The position numbers were made by a program, and so were the translations under genes. Positions 18,341 through 28,937 of a stretch of 64,000 nucleotides of DNA are shown in pieces. The notes below the pieces were generated by a model. The model did not search any database and was not told the origin of the DNA. It was given only the letters and a program-made list of their open reading frames with translations. Positions within the stretch are counted from its first letter, which is position 1; each line of letters opens with the position of its first letter. Origin of the DNA: Alphaproteobacteria bacterium (lineage in GTDB: Bacteria > Pseudomonadota > Alphaproteobacteria > JACZXZ01); assembly GCA_052143835.1 (NCBI GenBank), contig JBKQRV010000067.1, forward strand, positions 1,461 to 65,460. Reading direction: 5' to 3'.

Positions 18341-19711
18341 ATGTTTGAGGGTTTGACCGGCAAGCTCGGCCAGGTTTTCGACCGCCTGCGCGGCCGCGGC
18401 GCCTTGAGCGAGGCGGACGTCGATGCAGCACTCCGCGAGGTGCGCCTGGCTCTCCTCGAGGCCGACGTGGCGCTTCCGGTGGTCAAGGATCTGGTCGCCG
18501 CCGTCAAGGAGAAGGCGGTCGGCGGGGAGGTGCTCAAGAGCGTCACCCCCGGCCAGATGGTGATCAAGATCGTGCACGACCATCTGGTGGCCGCACTCGG
18601 GGCGGAGGCGGCCGAGCTCAATTTGCGGGCAACACCGCCGGCCGTCATCCTCATGGTCGGCCTGCAGGGCTCGGGCAAGACCACGACGACGGCCAAGCTG
18701 GCCCTGAGGCTGCGCACGCGCGAGCGCAAGAAGGTGCTGCTCGCCTCCCTCGACACGAGACGGCCCGCGGCGCAGGAGCAGCTCGCCATCCTCGGGCTTC
18801 AGGCGGAGGTCGACACGCTCAACGTCGTGCCGGGCGAGCCGCCGCTCGCGATCGCCAAGCGCGCGCTGCAGAAGGCGCGGCTCGAGGGCTACGACGTGGC
18901 GTTGCTGGATACCGCCGGCCGGCTCCACATCGACGAGGAGCTGATGGAAGAGGCCGAGGCGGTGCGCGAGGCGACCCGCCCGGTCGAGACCCTCCTCGTC
19001 GCCGACGCCATGACCGGCCAGGACGCCGTCAACGTGGCCGGGGCCTTTCACAAGCGCTTGGGACTTTCCGGGATCGTGCTCACGCGCGTCGACGGCGACG
19101 CCCGCGGCGGTGCGGCCCTCAGCATGCGCGCGGTCACCGGCTGCCCCATCAAGCTCATCGGCGTCGGCGAGAAGCTCGAGGCACTCGAGACCTTCCATCC
19201 GGCGCGCATCGCCGGCCGCATCCTCGGCATGGGCGACGTCGTCTCGCTGGTCGAGAAGGCGGCCGCGACGATCGAGGAGGAGGAGGCCGCGAAGCTGGCG
19301 CGCAAGATCGAGAAGGGCCAATTCGACCTCGATGACATGGCCCAGCAGTTGCGCCAGCTGCGCAAGATGGGCGGCATGGAAGGCCTGCTCGGGCTCCTGC
19401 CCGGCGTCGCCAAGGTGAAGAAGCAGCTCGCCGAGCAACGCATCGACGAGAAGATCCTGAAGCGTCAGGAGGCGATCATCGCCTCGATGACCAAGGGCGA
19501 GCGCCGCAATCCCGCCGTCATTCATGCCTCGCGCAAGCGGCGCATCGCCACCGGCTCAGGCACCTCCGTGCAGGACATCAACAAGCTCTTGAAGCAGTTC
19601 CAGGAGATGAGCCGGATGATGAAGCAGGTCAGCAAGCTCGGGCAGAAGGGGCTGATGCGCTCCGGCTTCCTCACGCAACGGGGCCTGCCCCCCGGCGTGC
19701 CGCCGCGCTGA
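18341..19711 (+). CDS. ffh: Signal recognition particle protein
   Basis: MFEGLTGKLGQVFDRLRG start; GLQGSGKTTTTAKLA, DTAGRLH, methionine-rich M domain. Confidence 0.95.
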   Translation: MFEGLTGKLGQVFDRLRGRGALSEADVDAALREVRLALLEADVALPVVKDLVAAVKEKAVGGEVLKSVTPGQMVIKIVHDHLVAALGAEAAELNLRATPPAVILMVGLQGSGKTTTTAKLALRLRTRERKKVLLASLDTRRPAAQEQLAILGLQAEVDTLNVVPGEPPLAIAKRALQKARLEGYDVALLDTAGRLHIDEELMEEAEAVREATRPVETLLVADAMTGQDAVNVAGAFHKRLGLSGIVLTRVDGDARGGAALSMRAVTGCPIKLIGVGEKLEALETFHPARIAGRILGMGDVVSLVEKAAATIEEEEAAKLARKIEKGQFDLDDMAQQLRQLRKMGGMEGLLGLLPGVAKVKKQLAEQRIDEKILKRQEAIIASMTKGERRNPAVIHASRKRRIATGSGTSVQDINKLLKQFQEMSRMMKQVSKLGQKGLMRSGFLTQRGLPPGVPPR

Positions 19712-19783
19712 GCCCATGGGACTGCCGCAGCGGGACGAGTGCGAACGCAACAGATCAGCCTTAGAGAAGGAGCAGGACAAAGC

Positions 19784-20206
19784 ATGTCATTGAAAATCCG
19801 CCTAGCGCGGGCGGGCGCCAAGAAGCGCCCCTTTTACCGCATCGTCGTCGCCGACACGCGCTCGCCGCGCGACGGCCGCTTCATCGAGCGCATCGGCAGC
19901 TACAATCCGATGGTCGCCAAAGACCATCCCGAGCGCCTCGTGCTGAACGCCGAGCGTGCCAAGCACTGGCTCTCGAACGGCGCGCAGCCGACCGAGCGGG
20001 TGGCGCGCTTCCTGGGCACGCTCGAGCTCGGCCCGGTGCCCGCCGTCCCGCAACAGACGAAAAAGCACCTGCCCAGGGCCAAGACGCAGGAGCGGCTCAA
20101 GGCGGCCGAGGCACCGGCGGCGGCGCCGGCCGCCCAAGCGCCGGCCGCGGCACCGGCCGCCGCGGCACCGGCCGAAGCGCCGGCCGCCGAAGCGCCGGCC
20201 GAGTGA
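19784..20206 (+). CDS. rpsP: 30S ribosomal protein S16 with Ala/Pro-rich C-terminal tail
   Basis: [24 protein letters not shown]; tail [31 protein letters not shown]. Confidence 0.95.
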   Translation: MSLKIRLARAGAKKRPFYRIVVADTRSPRDGRFIERIGSYNPMVAKDHPERLVLNAERAKHWLSNGAQPTERVARFLGTLELGPVPAVPQQTKKHLPRAKTQERLKAAEAPAAAPAAQAPAAAPAAAAPAEAPAAEAPAE

Positions 20207-20254
20207 GGAATTGCGCGGCTGCCGTCCTCAGGCCGCGCGGTTCGGGAGTCGAGC

Positions 20255-20803
20255 GTGACGCGAGCGAAGCACATGGTCTGTCTCGGTGCCATCTCCGGCG
20301 CCCATGGCGTGCGCGGCGAGGTGCGCGTGGAGAGCTTCACCGCGAATCCCGCGGACGTGACCGCCTATGGTCCGCTCAGCGACGAGACGGGCATGCGCCG
20401 TTTCGTGCTCACGCCGAGGGGCTCGGCGCGCGGCGGGCTCATCGCCCGCATCGAGGGGATCGAGGACCGGCACGCCGCCGAGGCGCTCAAGGGCACGCGG
20501 CTCTACGTCGAGCGCACCGCACTGCCCGCACCGGCCGAGGGGGAATATTACCACAGCGACCTTTTGGGCCTCAGCTGCGAGCGCGCGGACGGGGGCCACT
20601 TCGGCATCGTCAAGGCGCTCTATAATTTCGGGGCGGGCGACGTGATCGAGGTGGAGAAGGACGACGGCGAGCGCGTCATGCTGCCTTTTACGCGCGCCAC
20701 CGTGCCGCTCGTCGATGTGGGCGCCGGGCGCCTCGTCGTCGCCCCGCCCGCCGAGCCCGACGAGGCGGGGCAAGCCGAGAGGCAAGAGGAGACCAGCCGA
20801 TGA
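20255..20803 (+). CDS. rimM: 16S rRNA processing protein RimM
   Basis: [24 protein letters not shown]. Start GTG 20255 or ATG 20273. Confidence 0.9.
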   Translation: MTRAKHMVCLGAISGAHGVRGEVRVESFTANPADVTAYGPLSDETGMRRFVLTPRGSARGGLIARIEGIEDRHAAEALKGTRLYVERTALPAPAEGEYYHSDLLGLSCERADGGHFGIVKALYNFGAGDVIEVEKDDGERVMLPFTRATVPLVDVGAGRLVVAPPAEPDEAGQAERQEETSR

Positions 20804-21534
20804 GCGCCTCCTTGGGGCGGCCGTGGACCGCGAAGGTGCTCACCATCTTCCCCGAGATGTTTCCGGGCCCGCTCGCCTTCTCGCTCGCGGGCCGGGCCTT
20901 GGCCGCCGGCCTATGGACGCTGGAAACGGTGGACATTCGCACCTTCGCAAGCGATAAACACCGCACCGTGGACGATGCCCCCTTCGGAGGCGGGCCGGGC
21001 ATGGTGATGCGCCCCGACGTGCTGGACGCGGCGATCGCGGCCTCGGCCGAGGGGAGCAGTCCGCTCATCTATCTCTCTCCGCGCGGACGTCTCATCGATC
21101 AGGCGCGGGTACGCCGGCTCGCCGAGGTGCGGTCGGTCGTCCTCATCTGCGGCCGCTTCGAGGGGCTGGACGAGCGGGTTCTGGAGCTGCACGAGGTCGA
21201 GGAGCTGAGCCTCGGCGACTTCGTGCTCTCGGGCGGCGAGCCGGCGGCGATCGCTTTGATCGATGCCTGCGTGCGGCTCATCCCCGGGATCGTGGGGCGC
21301 TCGGAGTCGCTCGAGGAGGAGAGTTTCGAGAGGGGGCTGCTCGAGTACCCCCATTACACCAGGCCGCAGAGCTGGCGGGGCCGCGAGGTCCCCGAGGTGC
21401 TGCTGAGCGGCCATCACGAGCGCATCAAGGCTTGGCGCATAAGCCAGGCCGAACGCATTACCCGGGAGCGGCGGCCGGACCTGTGGGCCCGCTACCTCGC
21501 CTCCGGGCACGGCAATCGAGGTGAAAGGCCATGA
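20800..21534 (+). CDS. trmD: tRNA (guanine37-N1)-methyltransferase
   Basis: [37 protein letters not shown] overlap with rimM. Confidence 0.95.
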   Translation: MSASLGRPWTAKVLTIFPEMFPGPLAFSLAGRALAAGLWTLETVDIRTFASDKHRTVDDAPFGGGPGMVMRPDVLDAAIAASAEGSSPLIYLSPRGRLIDQARVRRLAEVRSVVLICGRFEGLDERVLELHEVEELSLGDFVLSGGEPAAIALIDACVRLIPGIVGRSESLEEESFERGLLEYPHYTRPQSWRGREVPEVLLSGHHERIKAWRISQAERITRERRPDLWARYLASGHGNRGERP

Positions 21535-22067
21535 ACATCATCGAAGAGCTCGAGCGAGAGCAGATCGCGAAGCGCACCGCCAAGAGCGAGGTGCCGAGCT
21601 TTGCGCCGGGCGATACCTTGCGCATCCACGTCAAGATCGTGGAGGGCGAGCGCGTGCGCATCCAGATCTTCGAGGGCGTGTGCATCGGGCGCAAGAACGC
21701 CGGCATCAATTCGGCCTTCACCGTGCGGAAGATCAGCTACGGCGAGGGCGTCGAGCGCGTCTTCCCGCTTTACAGCCCGCTCGTCGACCGCATCGAGGTC
21801 GTGCGCCGCGGCCGCGTGCGCCGCGCCAAGCTCTATTACCTGCGCGGCCGCACCGGCAAGGCGGCCCGCATCGCCGAGAAGACGGGGGGTGCGCTCTCGC
21901 TGCGCGAGGTGGCGAGTGCCGCCGAGCTCGACGCCGCGACGCTCGAGGCCGACCTCGCGGCCGGTGCTGCCGAGGGCGCTGCCGCTGCCGCGAGCGAGGC
22001 CGCGAGCGCGAAGAAGGCCAAGAAGAAGGCCAGGAAGGCCGAGACGGCGGCGCCCGCCGGAGCCTGA
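21531..22067 (+). CDS. rplS: 50S ribosomal protein L19 with ~55-aa Ala/Lys-rich C-terminal extension
   Basis: [51 protein letters not shown]. Confidence 0.95.
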   Translation: MNIIEELEREQIAKRTAKSEVPSFAPGDTLRIHVKIVEGERVRIQIFEGVCIGRKNAGINSAFTVRKISYGEGVERVFPLYSPLVDRIEVVRRGRVRRAKLYYLRGRTGKAARIAEKTGGALSLREVASAAELDAATLEADLAAGAAEGAAAAASEAASAKKAKKKARKAETAAPAGA

Positions 22068-22102
22068 GCCGCTTGGGAGTGGACGCAAAAGGACCCTAGA
22101 CC

Positions 22103-23512
22103 ATGGCCGCACCCCGCACGCTTTTCGACAAGATCTGGCAGACCCACCTGGTCGAGCGCCAGCGCGACGGCACCGTCATCCTCTATATCGACCGCCATCT
22201 CGTTCACGAGGTGACCAGCCCGCAGGCCTTCGAGGGGCTGCGGCTCGCCGGGCGCAAGGTGCGCCGGCCCGACGCCACCATCGCGGTCGCGGATCACAAT
22301 ATCCCGACCACCGATCGCGCGAGCGGCATCAAGGACGCGGAGTCGCGCCTCCAGGTCGAGACCCTCGAGGCCAATTGCAAGGAGTTCGGCGTCCCCTACA
22401 TTCCCGTGGCCGACGTGCGCCAAGGCATCGTGCACATCATCGGCCCCGAGCAGGGCATGAGCCAGCCGGGCATGACCATCGTGTGCGGCGACAGTCACAC
22501 CTCGACGCACGGCGCCTTCGGCGCGCTTGCCTTCGGCATCGGCACGAGCGAGGTCGAGCACGTGCTGGCGACCCAGACGCTGGTGACGCGGCCGTCCAAG
22601 AACATGCGGGTGAACGTGAGCGGCCGGCTTCCCTTGGGCTGCACCTCGAAGGACCTGGTGCTGGCCGTCATCGGCAAGATCGGCACCGCCGGCGGCACCG
22701 GGCACGTCATCGAATATGCCGGCGAGGCCGTGCGCGCGCTCTCGATGGAGGCGCGCATGACGATGTGCAACATGACGATCGAGGGCGGTGCCAGGGCCGG
22801 GTTGATCGCGCCCGACGAGACCACCTTCGCCTATCTCCAGGGCCGGCCCATGGCGCCCAAGACGGGTCAGTGGGAGCAGGCGCTTGCCTACTGGAAGACG
22901 CTGCCCTCCGATCCGGGGGCCGTCTACGACAAGGAGGTGACGCTGGACGCCGCCGCGATCGCACCGCACGTGAGCTGGGGCACCTCGCCGCAGCAGGTGC
23001 TGCCGATCACGGGCGTGGTCCCCGATCCCAAGGAGGCACCCGACCAGGGCACGCGGGAGGCCTGGAGCCGGGCGCTCGCCTATATGGGGCTCGAGCCGGG
23101 CACGCCGCTCTCGGAGATCAAGGTGGATACGGTCTTCATCGGCTCCTGCACCAACGGCCGCATCGAGGACCTGCGTGCCGCCGCCGCCCTCCTCCAGGGC
23201 CGGCGCGTGGCCCCGGGCGTGCGCGCGCTCGTCGTCCCCGGCTCGGGCCTGGTCAAGGAGCAGGCGGAGAGCGAGGGGCTCGATCAGGTCTTTCAGGCGG
23301 CGGGCTTCGAGTGGCGCGAGCCGGGCTGCTCCATGTGCCTCGCCATGAACGCGGACCGCCTCGAGCCGGGCGAGCGCTGCGCCTCCACCTCGAACCGCAA
23401 CTTCGAGGGCCGCCAGGGACGCGGCGGTCGCACGCACTTGGTCAGTCCGGTGATGGCGGCGGCGGCGGCCGTCAAGGGCAAGCTTACCGACGTGCGCGAG
23501 CTCTTGGTATAG
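22103..23512 (+). CDS. leuC: 3-isopropylmalate dehydratase large subunit
   Basis: [45 protein letters not shown]. Confidence 0.95.
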   Translation: MAAPRTLFDKIWQTHLVERQRDGTVILYIDRHLVHEVTSPQAFEGLRLAGRKVRRPDATIAVADHNIPTTDRASGIKDAESRLQVETLEANCKEFGVPYIPVADVRQGIVHIIGPEQGMSQPGMTIVCGDSHTSTHGAFGALAFGIGTSEVEHVLATQTLVTRPSKNMRVNVSGRLPLGCTSKDLVLAVIGKIGTAGGTGHVIEYAGEAVRALSMEARMTMCNMTIEGGARAGLIAPDETTFAYLQGRPMAPKTGQWEQALAYWKTLPSDPGAVYDKEVTLDAAAIAPHVSWGTSPQQVLPITGVVPDPKEAPDQGTREAWSRALAYMGLEPGTPLSEIKVDTVFIGSCTNGRIEDLRAAAALLQGRRVAPGVRALVVPGSGLVKEQAESEGLDQVFQAAGFEWREPGCSMCLAMNADRLEPGERCASTSNRNFEGRQGRGGRTHLVSPVMAAAAAVKGKLTDVRELLV

Positions 23513-23546
23513 TGTTGTGGCCCTAACGTTCGAGTTTTCGGCACCC

Positions 23547-23648
23547 CGTCATGCGCGGGCTTGGCCCGCGCATCCACGGCTTGAAACGAGGACAATTCGT
23601 GGATGGCCGGAACACCCCCGGGCTTGGACCCGGGGGCGGCCATGACGG
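23547..23648. repeat. Family D inverted-repeat element, copy D1, in the leuC-leuD spacer
   Basis: CGTCATGCGCGGGCTTGGCCCGCGCATCCACG ... CGTGGATGGCC..CCCCCGGGCTTGGACCCGGGGG..CATGACG. Flanked by direct repeat ACGTTCGAGTT at 23526-23536 and 23662-23672. Confidence 0.8.
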
Positions 23649-23694
23649 CGAAAAGCACTATACGTTCGAGTTACTGAACTAGGAGACGGTGGAG

Positions 23695-24300
23695 ATGGAG
23701 AAGTTCACCACGCTCAAGGGACGGGCAGCGCCGCTGCCGATGGTCAATGTCGATACCGACATGATCATTCCCAAGAATTTCCTCAAGACGATCAAGCGCA
23801 GCGGCCTGGGCAAGGCGCTCTTCTTCGAGAAGCGCTACGACGATCAAGGGCGGGAGCGGCCCGACTTCGTGCTCAACCGCGCCCCTTACCGCGAGGCCAA
23901 GATCCTCGTCGCCGGCGAGAATTTCGGCTGCGGCTCGAGCCGTGAGCACGCGCCCTGGGCGCTCGCGGATTTCGGCATCCGCTCGGTCATCGCCCCCAGC
24001 TTCGCCGACATCTTCTACAACAACTGCTTCAAGAACGGCATGTTGCCGATCAAGCTGCCGGCTCAAGAGGTCGAGCTCCTGATGGAGGACGCCAAGCGCG
24101 GCGACGAGCTCACCGTCGATCTGGCCAAGGAGCGCATCCGGCGCGCGGATGGGAGCGAGATCGCCTTCGAGATCGACCCCTTCCTCAAGACCTGCCTCCT
24201 CGAGGGCCTCGACGAGATCGGGCTCAGCCTGCAGAAGGCGCCCTTCATCGCCAGCTTCGAGGCCAAGCAGCGCGCGAGCCAGCCGTGGCTCTGGCGCTGA
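23695..24300 (+). CDS. leuD: 3-isopropylmalate dehydratase small subunit
   Basis: [40 protein letters not shown] before ATG 23695. Confidence 0.95.
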   Translation: MEKFTTLKGRAAPLPMVNVDTDMIIPKNFLKTIKRSGLGKALFFEKRYDDQGRERPDFVLNRAPYREAKILVAGENFGCGSSREHAPWALADFGIRSVIAPSFADIFYNNCFKNGMLPIKLPAQEVELLMEDAKRGDELTVDLAKERIRRADGSEIAFEIDPFLKTCLLEGLDEIGLSLQKAPFIASFEAKQRASQPWLWR

Positions 24301-24400
24301 GCTACCCTCATTGAAAATGCCCGCACCTCGGTCGAGGGCTGCACGAGCGCCCAAGGCGAGGGCGAGGACGCGGGCGCGAACCACGAGCGGAGGAAGCCGT

Positions 24401-25513
24401 ATGAGTGCAAACAAGTCGCTTCTCATGCTGCCGGGAGACGGCATCGGCCCCGAGGTGTTGCGCCAGACGAGGCGCGTGATCGACTGGTTCGACCGCCGGC
24501 GCGCGCTGCGCTTCGAGCTCACGGAGGGGCTGATCGGCGGCGCTTCCATCGACGCGCACGGCACGCCGCTCACGGATGAGACGCTGGCGGCAGCACTTGC
24601 GACCGACGCCGTGCTGCTTGGTGCTGTCGGCGGGCCCAAGTGGGAGAAGCTCGAGTTCGCCAAGCGGCCCGAGCGCGGCCTGCTCGGGTTGAGGAAGGCG
24701 ATGGAGCTCTTCGCCAACTTGCGGCCGTCCGTCGTGTTCGAGTCCCTCGCCGGCGCCTCCACGCTCAAGCCCGAGGTGGTCTCGGGGCTCGATCTCGTGA
24801 TCGTGCGCGAGCTCACCGGCGGCATCTACTTCGGCGAGCCGCGCGGCATCGAGGACCTCGGCCGCGGCGAGCGGCGCGGCGTCAACACCGAGGTCTACAC
24901 CAGCGAGGAGATCAGGCGCGTCGCGCGCGTCGCCTTCGAGCTCGCCCGCGGGCGGCAGAAGCGGGTCACCTCGATCGACAAGGCGAACGTGCTCGAGGCG
25001 AGCGTGCTGTGGCGCGAGGAGGTGCAGAAGCTGCGCGACAAGGAGTTCAAGGACGTGGCCCTCGGCCACATGTACGTCGACAATGCGGCGATGCAGCTCC
25101 TGCGCGAGCCCAAGCAGTTCGACGTGATCGTGACCTCGAACCTCTTCGGCGACATCCTCTCGGACGAGGCTTCGATGCTGGTGGGCTCGCTCGGCATGGT
25201 GCCGTCGGCCTCGCTGGGTGCTGCCGGCAAGGATGGGCGGCGCAGGGCGCTCTACGAGCCGGTGCACGGCTCGGCCCCCGACATCGCCGGACGCGACATC
25301 GCCAACCCCATCGCCGCCATCCTCTCCTTCGCCATGCTGCTGCGTCACTCCTACGAGATGACGGAGGAGGCCGACCTCGTCGAGCGCGCGGTTAGGAACG
25401 TGCTGACGAGCGGGCTCAGGACCGCCGACATCATGCAGCCCGGCAAGGGCCGGGTCTCGACCACGGTGATGGGCGATTCGATCGTGCGCGAGCTCGACAA
25501 GAGCGCGGCGTAA
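24401..25513 (+). CDS. leuB: 3-isopropylmalate dehydrogenase
   Basis: [51 protein letters not shown]. Confidence 0.95.
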   Translation: MSANKSLLMLPGDGIGPEVLRQTRRVIDWFDRRRALRFELTEGLIGGASIDAHGTPLTDETLAAALATDAVLLGAVGGPKWEKLEFAKRPERGLLGLRKAMELFANLRPSVVFESLAGASTLKPEVVSGLDLVIVRELTGGIYFGEPRGIEDLGRGERRGVNTEVYTSEEIRRVARVAFELARGRQKRVTSIDKANVLEASVLWREEVQKLRDKEFKDVALGHMYVDNAAMQLLREPKQFDVIVTSNLFGDILSDEASMLVGSLGMVPSASLGAAGKDGRRRALYEPVHGSAPDIAGRDIANPIAAILSFAMLLRHSYEMTEEADLVERAVRNVLTSGLRTADIMQPGKGRVSTTVMGDSIVRELDKSAA

Positions 25514-25576
25514 GCGCCAGCGCGCCATTTCCTCCCTCGCCCGCTTGCGCGAGAGGAAGGAGGCGGCCGCTTAATC

Positions 25577-25906
25577 CTACTCCCCGCGCTGGCGCTTGCG
25601 CTCGGCCTCGAGCCGGCCAACGAGGAAGAGGGCGAGCATGCGGAAATCGCTCACGAAGGACCATAAGGGATAGCGCAGGGTCGCCGGCCGGTTGCGCTCG
25701 AAGACGAGATGGCCGAGCCAGGCGAAGCCGTAGCCGACGAGGAGGGCGGCCGGGAGTGCCCGCCAGTCGGCTGCGACGATGCCGGCCAAGAGGAGGAGGA
25801 CGCCGAGGCCGCTGCCGAGGTAATGGCAGGCGCGCGTCGTCGCCCCGCGGTGCTCGGCGAGGTAATAGGGCCAGAACTCGGCGTAGGTCGTCGGGCGCTT
25901 GCTCAT
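25577..25906 (-). CDS. DUF962 (Mpo1-like) small membrane protein
   Basis: MSKRPTTYAEFWPYYLAEHR..TRACHYLG..GYGFAWLGHLVFERNRPAT. Confidence 0.75.
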   Translation of the reverse strand: MSKRPTTYAEFWPYYLAEHRGATTRACHYLGSGLGVLLLLAGIVAADWRALPAALLVGYGFAWLGHLVFERNRPATLRYPLWSFVSDFRMLALFLVGRLEAERKRQRGE

Positions 25907-26017
25907 TTCCACCTGCGAAAGAGCGCCACTCGTCTTGAAATTCCCCACCTTGAAAATCGAGGGCGATGGGCGTAAGTCAACGGGCTCGAGAGCTCAACGT
26001 CAGGCTGGTAGCGTATC

Positions 26018-27043
26018 ATGGGATACAGAGTTGCGGTGGTCGGTGCGACCGGCAATGTCGGCCGCGCGATGCTCGAGACCCTCGCCGAGCGCAATTTCCC
26101 CGTCGACGAGGTGGTGGCGCTTGCCTCCGAGCGCTCGGTCGGCCAGGAGGTCTCCTTCGGCGAGAAGGACACGCTCAAGGTCCGCGAGCTCGCGAAGTTC
26201 GACTTCAAGGGCATCGACATCGCGCTCTCCTCGCCGGGGGCCAAGGTCTCGGCCGTCCACAGCCCGCGCGCGGCCAAGGCGGGTGCCGTCGTCATCGACA
26301 ACACCTCCTATTTCCGCATGGACCCCGAGGTGCCCCTCGTGGTGCCCGAGGTCAATGCGCACGCCATCAAGGACTACGCGAAGAAGAACATCATCGCCAA
26401 TCCCAACTGCTCGACGATCCAGATGGTGGTGGCGCTCAAGCCGCTCCACGACCTCGCGCGCATCAAGCGCGTGGTGGTCGCGACCTACCAGTCGGTGTCG
26501 GGTGCCGGCAAGGCGGCCATGGACGAGCTCTTCGAGCAGACGCGCGGAATCTACGTGGGCGACCAGCCGGTCAAGCACAAGTTCACCAAGCAGATCGCCT
26601 TCAACGTCATTCCTCACATCGACGTCTTCATGGAGGACGGCTCGACCAGGGAGGAATGGAAGATGCGGGTCGAGACCAAGAAGATCCTCGACCCGGACAT
26701 CGAGGTGGCGGCGAGCTGCGTGCGCGTGCCGGTCTTCATCGGCCACGGCGAGGCGGTCAATCTCGAGTTCGCCAAGCCGATCACGGTCGAGGCCGCGCGC
26801 ACAGCACTCAAGGCGGCACCGGGAGTGGCCGTCGTCGATTACCGCGCGGACGAGGGCTATGTGACGCCGGCCGAGTGCGCAGGCGAGGACGCGGTCTTCG
26901 TGAGCCGCATCCGCCAGGACCCGAGCGTCAAATACGGCCTCAGCCTCTGGGTCGTCTCGGACAATCTGCGCAAGGGCGCGGCGCTCAATGCCGTGCAGAT
27001 CGCCGAGGAGCTGGTCCGCTCCTACATGCAGAAGGCGGCGTAG
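26018..27043 (+). CDS. asd: Aspartate-semialdehyde dehydrogenase
   Basis: VAVVGATGNVGR, IANPNCSTIQMVVALKPL, SVSGAG. Confidence 0.95.
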   Translation: MGYRVAVVGATGNVGRAMLETLAERNFPVDEVVALASERSVGQEVSFGEKDTLKVRELAKFDFKGIDIALSSPGAKVSAVHSPRAAKAGAVVIDNTSYFRMDPEVPLVVPEVNAHAIKDYAKKNIIANPNCSTIQMVVALKPLHDLARIKRVVVATYQSVSGAGKAAMDELFEQTRGIYVGDQPVKHKFTKQIAFNVIPHIDVFMEDGSTREEWKMRVETKKILDPDIEVAASCVRVPVFIGHGEAVNLEFAKPITVEAARTALKAAPGVAVVDYRADEGYVTPAECAGEDAVFVSRIRQDPSVKYGLSLWVVSDNLRKGAALNAVQIAEELVRSYMQKAA

Positions 27044-27048
27044 CGCGC

Positions 27049-27205
27049 GGAATCATGGGTGCGTGATATACCCCCCACCCCACCCTCCCCCTCAAGGGGG
27101 GAGGGGGAAGTGGAGGTTCGCGGCCCTGGAACGCCTCTCCCCTTGAGGGAGAGGCCGGCCCGCAGGGCCGGGTGAGGGGTCTTACGGCCGGAAGGCCGGA
27201 GACAA
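27049..27205. repeat. Family A left half (copy A2) followed by a cluster of further GC hairpins
   Basis: GGAATCATGGGTGCGTGATATACCCCCCACCCCACCCTCCCCCTCAAGGGGGGAGGG matches 57361-57417. Then CCTCTCCC-cttga-GGGAGAGG and CCGGCCC-gca-GGGCCGG. Confidence 0.8.
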
Positions 27206-27310
27206 TCTGCAGCGAAAGGCCACCCTGGCAATTACGTGAAGAGCCGATTCCGTCTGAACGGGATCCGCTCTAGCGCATGTATAGATGGGGACGCCGCGCC
27301 CCGGCCGCGG

Positions 27311-27445
27311 TCACCACAGCGGGTAGATGTGCGTCTCGTCGCTCTCTTTTTCGGCCTTGCGACGGCGCACCAGGCGGTTGAAAAGCGCAAAGGCGATCCC
27401 TGCCGCGACGAGGGTAAGCAGAATCCACAGCTCCACTGCGAGCAC
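27311..27445 (-). CDS. Candidate small single-pass membrane protein (41-44 aa), unclassified
   Basis: Below the track's length cut-off. Hand translation: (VLA)VELWILLTLVAAGIAFALFNRLVRRRKAEKESDETHIYPLW*. GGGAG lies 8 nt before GTG 27436. About 80% G/C at third positions, as in neighbouring genes. Confidence 0.35.
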   Translation of the reverse strand: MLAVELWILLTLVAAGIAFALFNRLVRRRKAEKESDETHIYPLW

Positions 27446-27619
27446 TCCCGCCGGTTCGATGCCACTCGCTCAAAGAACCGGAACCTACCTATACGGCTCC
27501 GGCTCGATTGTCAAAGTGCCGCGGGAGGTTGGCGCCGATGAGCCGCCTCTTTCGTCCCGCCGGCAGGCCGGATAGGCTGTGACGGCGGGGCCGCCCCAGG
27601 CGAAAGGAGAGAGGCCGTC

Positions 27620-28789
27620 ATGCCGGTCGTCGAGCGCATCAAGGCCTGTCACGCGGAGCTCGCGCGCATCCGACGCGACATCCATGCCCATCCGGAGCTC
27701 GGCTTCAAGGAGAGGCTGACCTCCGATCTCGTGGCGCGCGAGCTCGCGTCCTACGGCATCGAGGTCCATCGCGGCCTCGCCAAGACGGGGGTCGTCGGCC
27801 GCCTCAAGGCCGGAGGCACCAACCGCGCGATCGGCTTGCGCGCCGACATGGATGCGCTCCCCATCCACGAGAAGAACGAGTTCGCGCACCGCTCGCAGCA
27901 CGAGGGCGTCATGCACGCCTGCGGCCACGACGGGCACACGACCATGCTGCTGGGTGCTGCGCGCTATCTCGCCGAGACGCGCGACTTCGACGGCACCGTG
28001 CATTTCATCTTCCAGCCCGCCGAGGAGGGTGGGGGCGGTGCCAAGGTCATGATCGAGGAGGGGCTCTTCGACAAGTTCCCTTGCGATGCGGTCTACGGCA
28101 TGCACAACTGGGCGACCGCGCCCGCCGGCACCTTCGGCATCCGCCCCGGCCCGATCATGGCCGCCTCGGGCAATTTCGACCTCGCGATCCAGGGCTGCGG
28201 CGCGCATGCGGCTCGGCCCGAGTCGGGAATAGACCCCGTGGTGGTCGCCGCCAACATGGTGATGGCGCTCCAGACGATCGCGAGCCGCAACGTGAGCGCC
28301 ATCGACTCGCTCGTGGTCAGCGTCACGCAGATCCACGGTGGAGAGGCCTATAACGTCATCCCCGACGAGGTCACGCTCGGCGGCAACGTGCGCGCCTACC
28401 GCCCCGAGGTGATCGCCAAGATCGCTCCCGCGCTCGAGCGCATCGCAAACGGCGTCGCCGCCACCTATGGCGCGCGCGCGAAGCTCGCCTTCCGCATGCA
28501 CTATCCCCCGCTCGTCAACCACGCCGAGGAGGCGCGGCTCGCGGGCGACGCAGCGGCCCTCGTGGTGGGCGAGGCGAACGTCAACCGCGACATGCCGCCG
28601 CGCACGGCGTCCGAGGACTTCTCCTACATGCTCGAGGCCAAGCCCGGAGCCTTCATCTTCATCGGCAACGGCAAGGGCGAGGGTGCCTGCGACGTGCACA
28701 ATCCCCACTACGACTTCAACGACGACATCATCCCGCTCGGCGCCAGCTTCTTCGTGCGGCTGATCGAGACGATCCTGCCGAAGCGCTGA
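27620..28789 (+). CDS. M20-family amidohydrolase (hippurate hydrolase / N-acyl-amino-acid amidohydrolase type)
   Basis: IRRDIHAHPELGF, MHACGHDGHTTMLLGAARYL, FQPAEEGGGGA. Confidence 0.9.
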   Translation: MPVVERIKACHAELARIRRDIHAHPELGFKERLTSDLVARELASYGIEVHRGLAKTGVVGRLKAGGTNRAIGLRADMDALPIHEKNEFAHRSQHEGVMHACGHDGHTTMLLGAARYLAETRDFDGTVHFIFQPAEEGGGGAKVMIEEGLFDKFPCDAVYGMHNWATAPAGTFGIRPGPIMAASGNFDLAIQGCGAHAARPESGIDPVVVAANMVMALQTIASRNVSAIDSLVVSVTQIHGGEAYNVIPDEVTLGGNVRAYRPEVIAKIAPALERIANGVAATYGARAKLAFRMHYPPLVNHAEEARLAGDAAALVVGEANVNRDMPPRTASEDFSYMLEAKPGAFIFIGNGKGEGACDVHNPHYDFNDDIIPLGASFFVRLIETILPKR

Positions 28790-28807
28790 GCTACGCGTAA
28801 GAAGGTC

Positions 28808-28906
28808 ATTACCACGGAGATCACGGAGGACACGGAGGAAGGGAAGATGTCCGCGCGCGAAAGCGCGCAAGAAAGCCTTCTCCGTGCCCTCCGTGTCCTC
28901 CGTGGT
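28808..28906. repeat. Family B long inverted repeat (CACCACGGAG...CTCCGTGGTG), copy B1
   Basis: TACCACGGAGATCACGGAGGACACGGAGGAAGG ... CCTTCTCCGTGCCCTCCGTGTCCTCCGTGGTGA around a GCGCGCGAAAGCGCGC core. Confidence 0.85.
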
Positions 28907-28937
28907 GAAACTTCTTCTGCTTGAGTCGCAACGCCTC

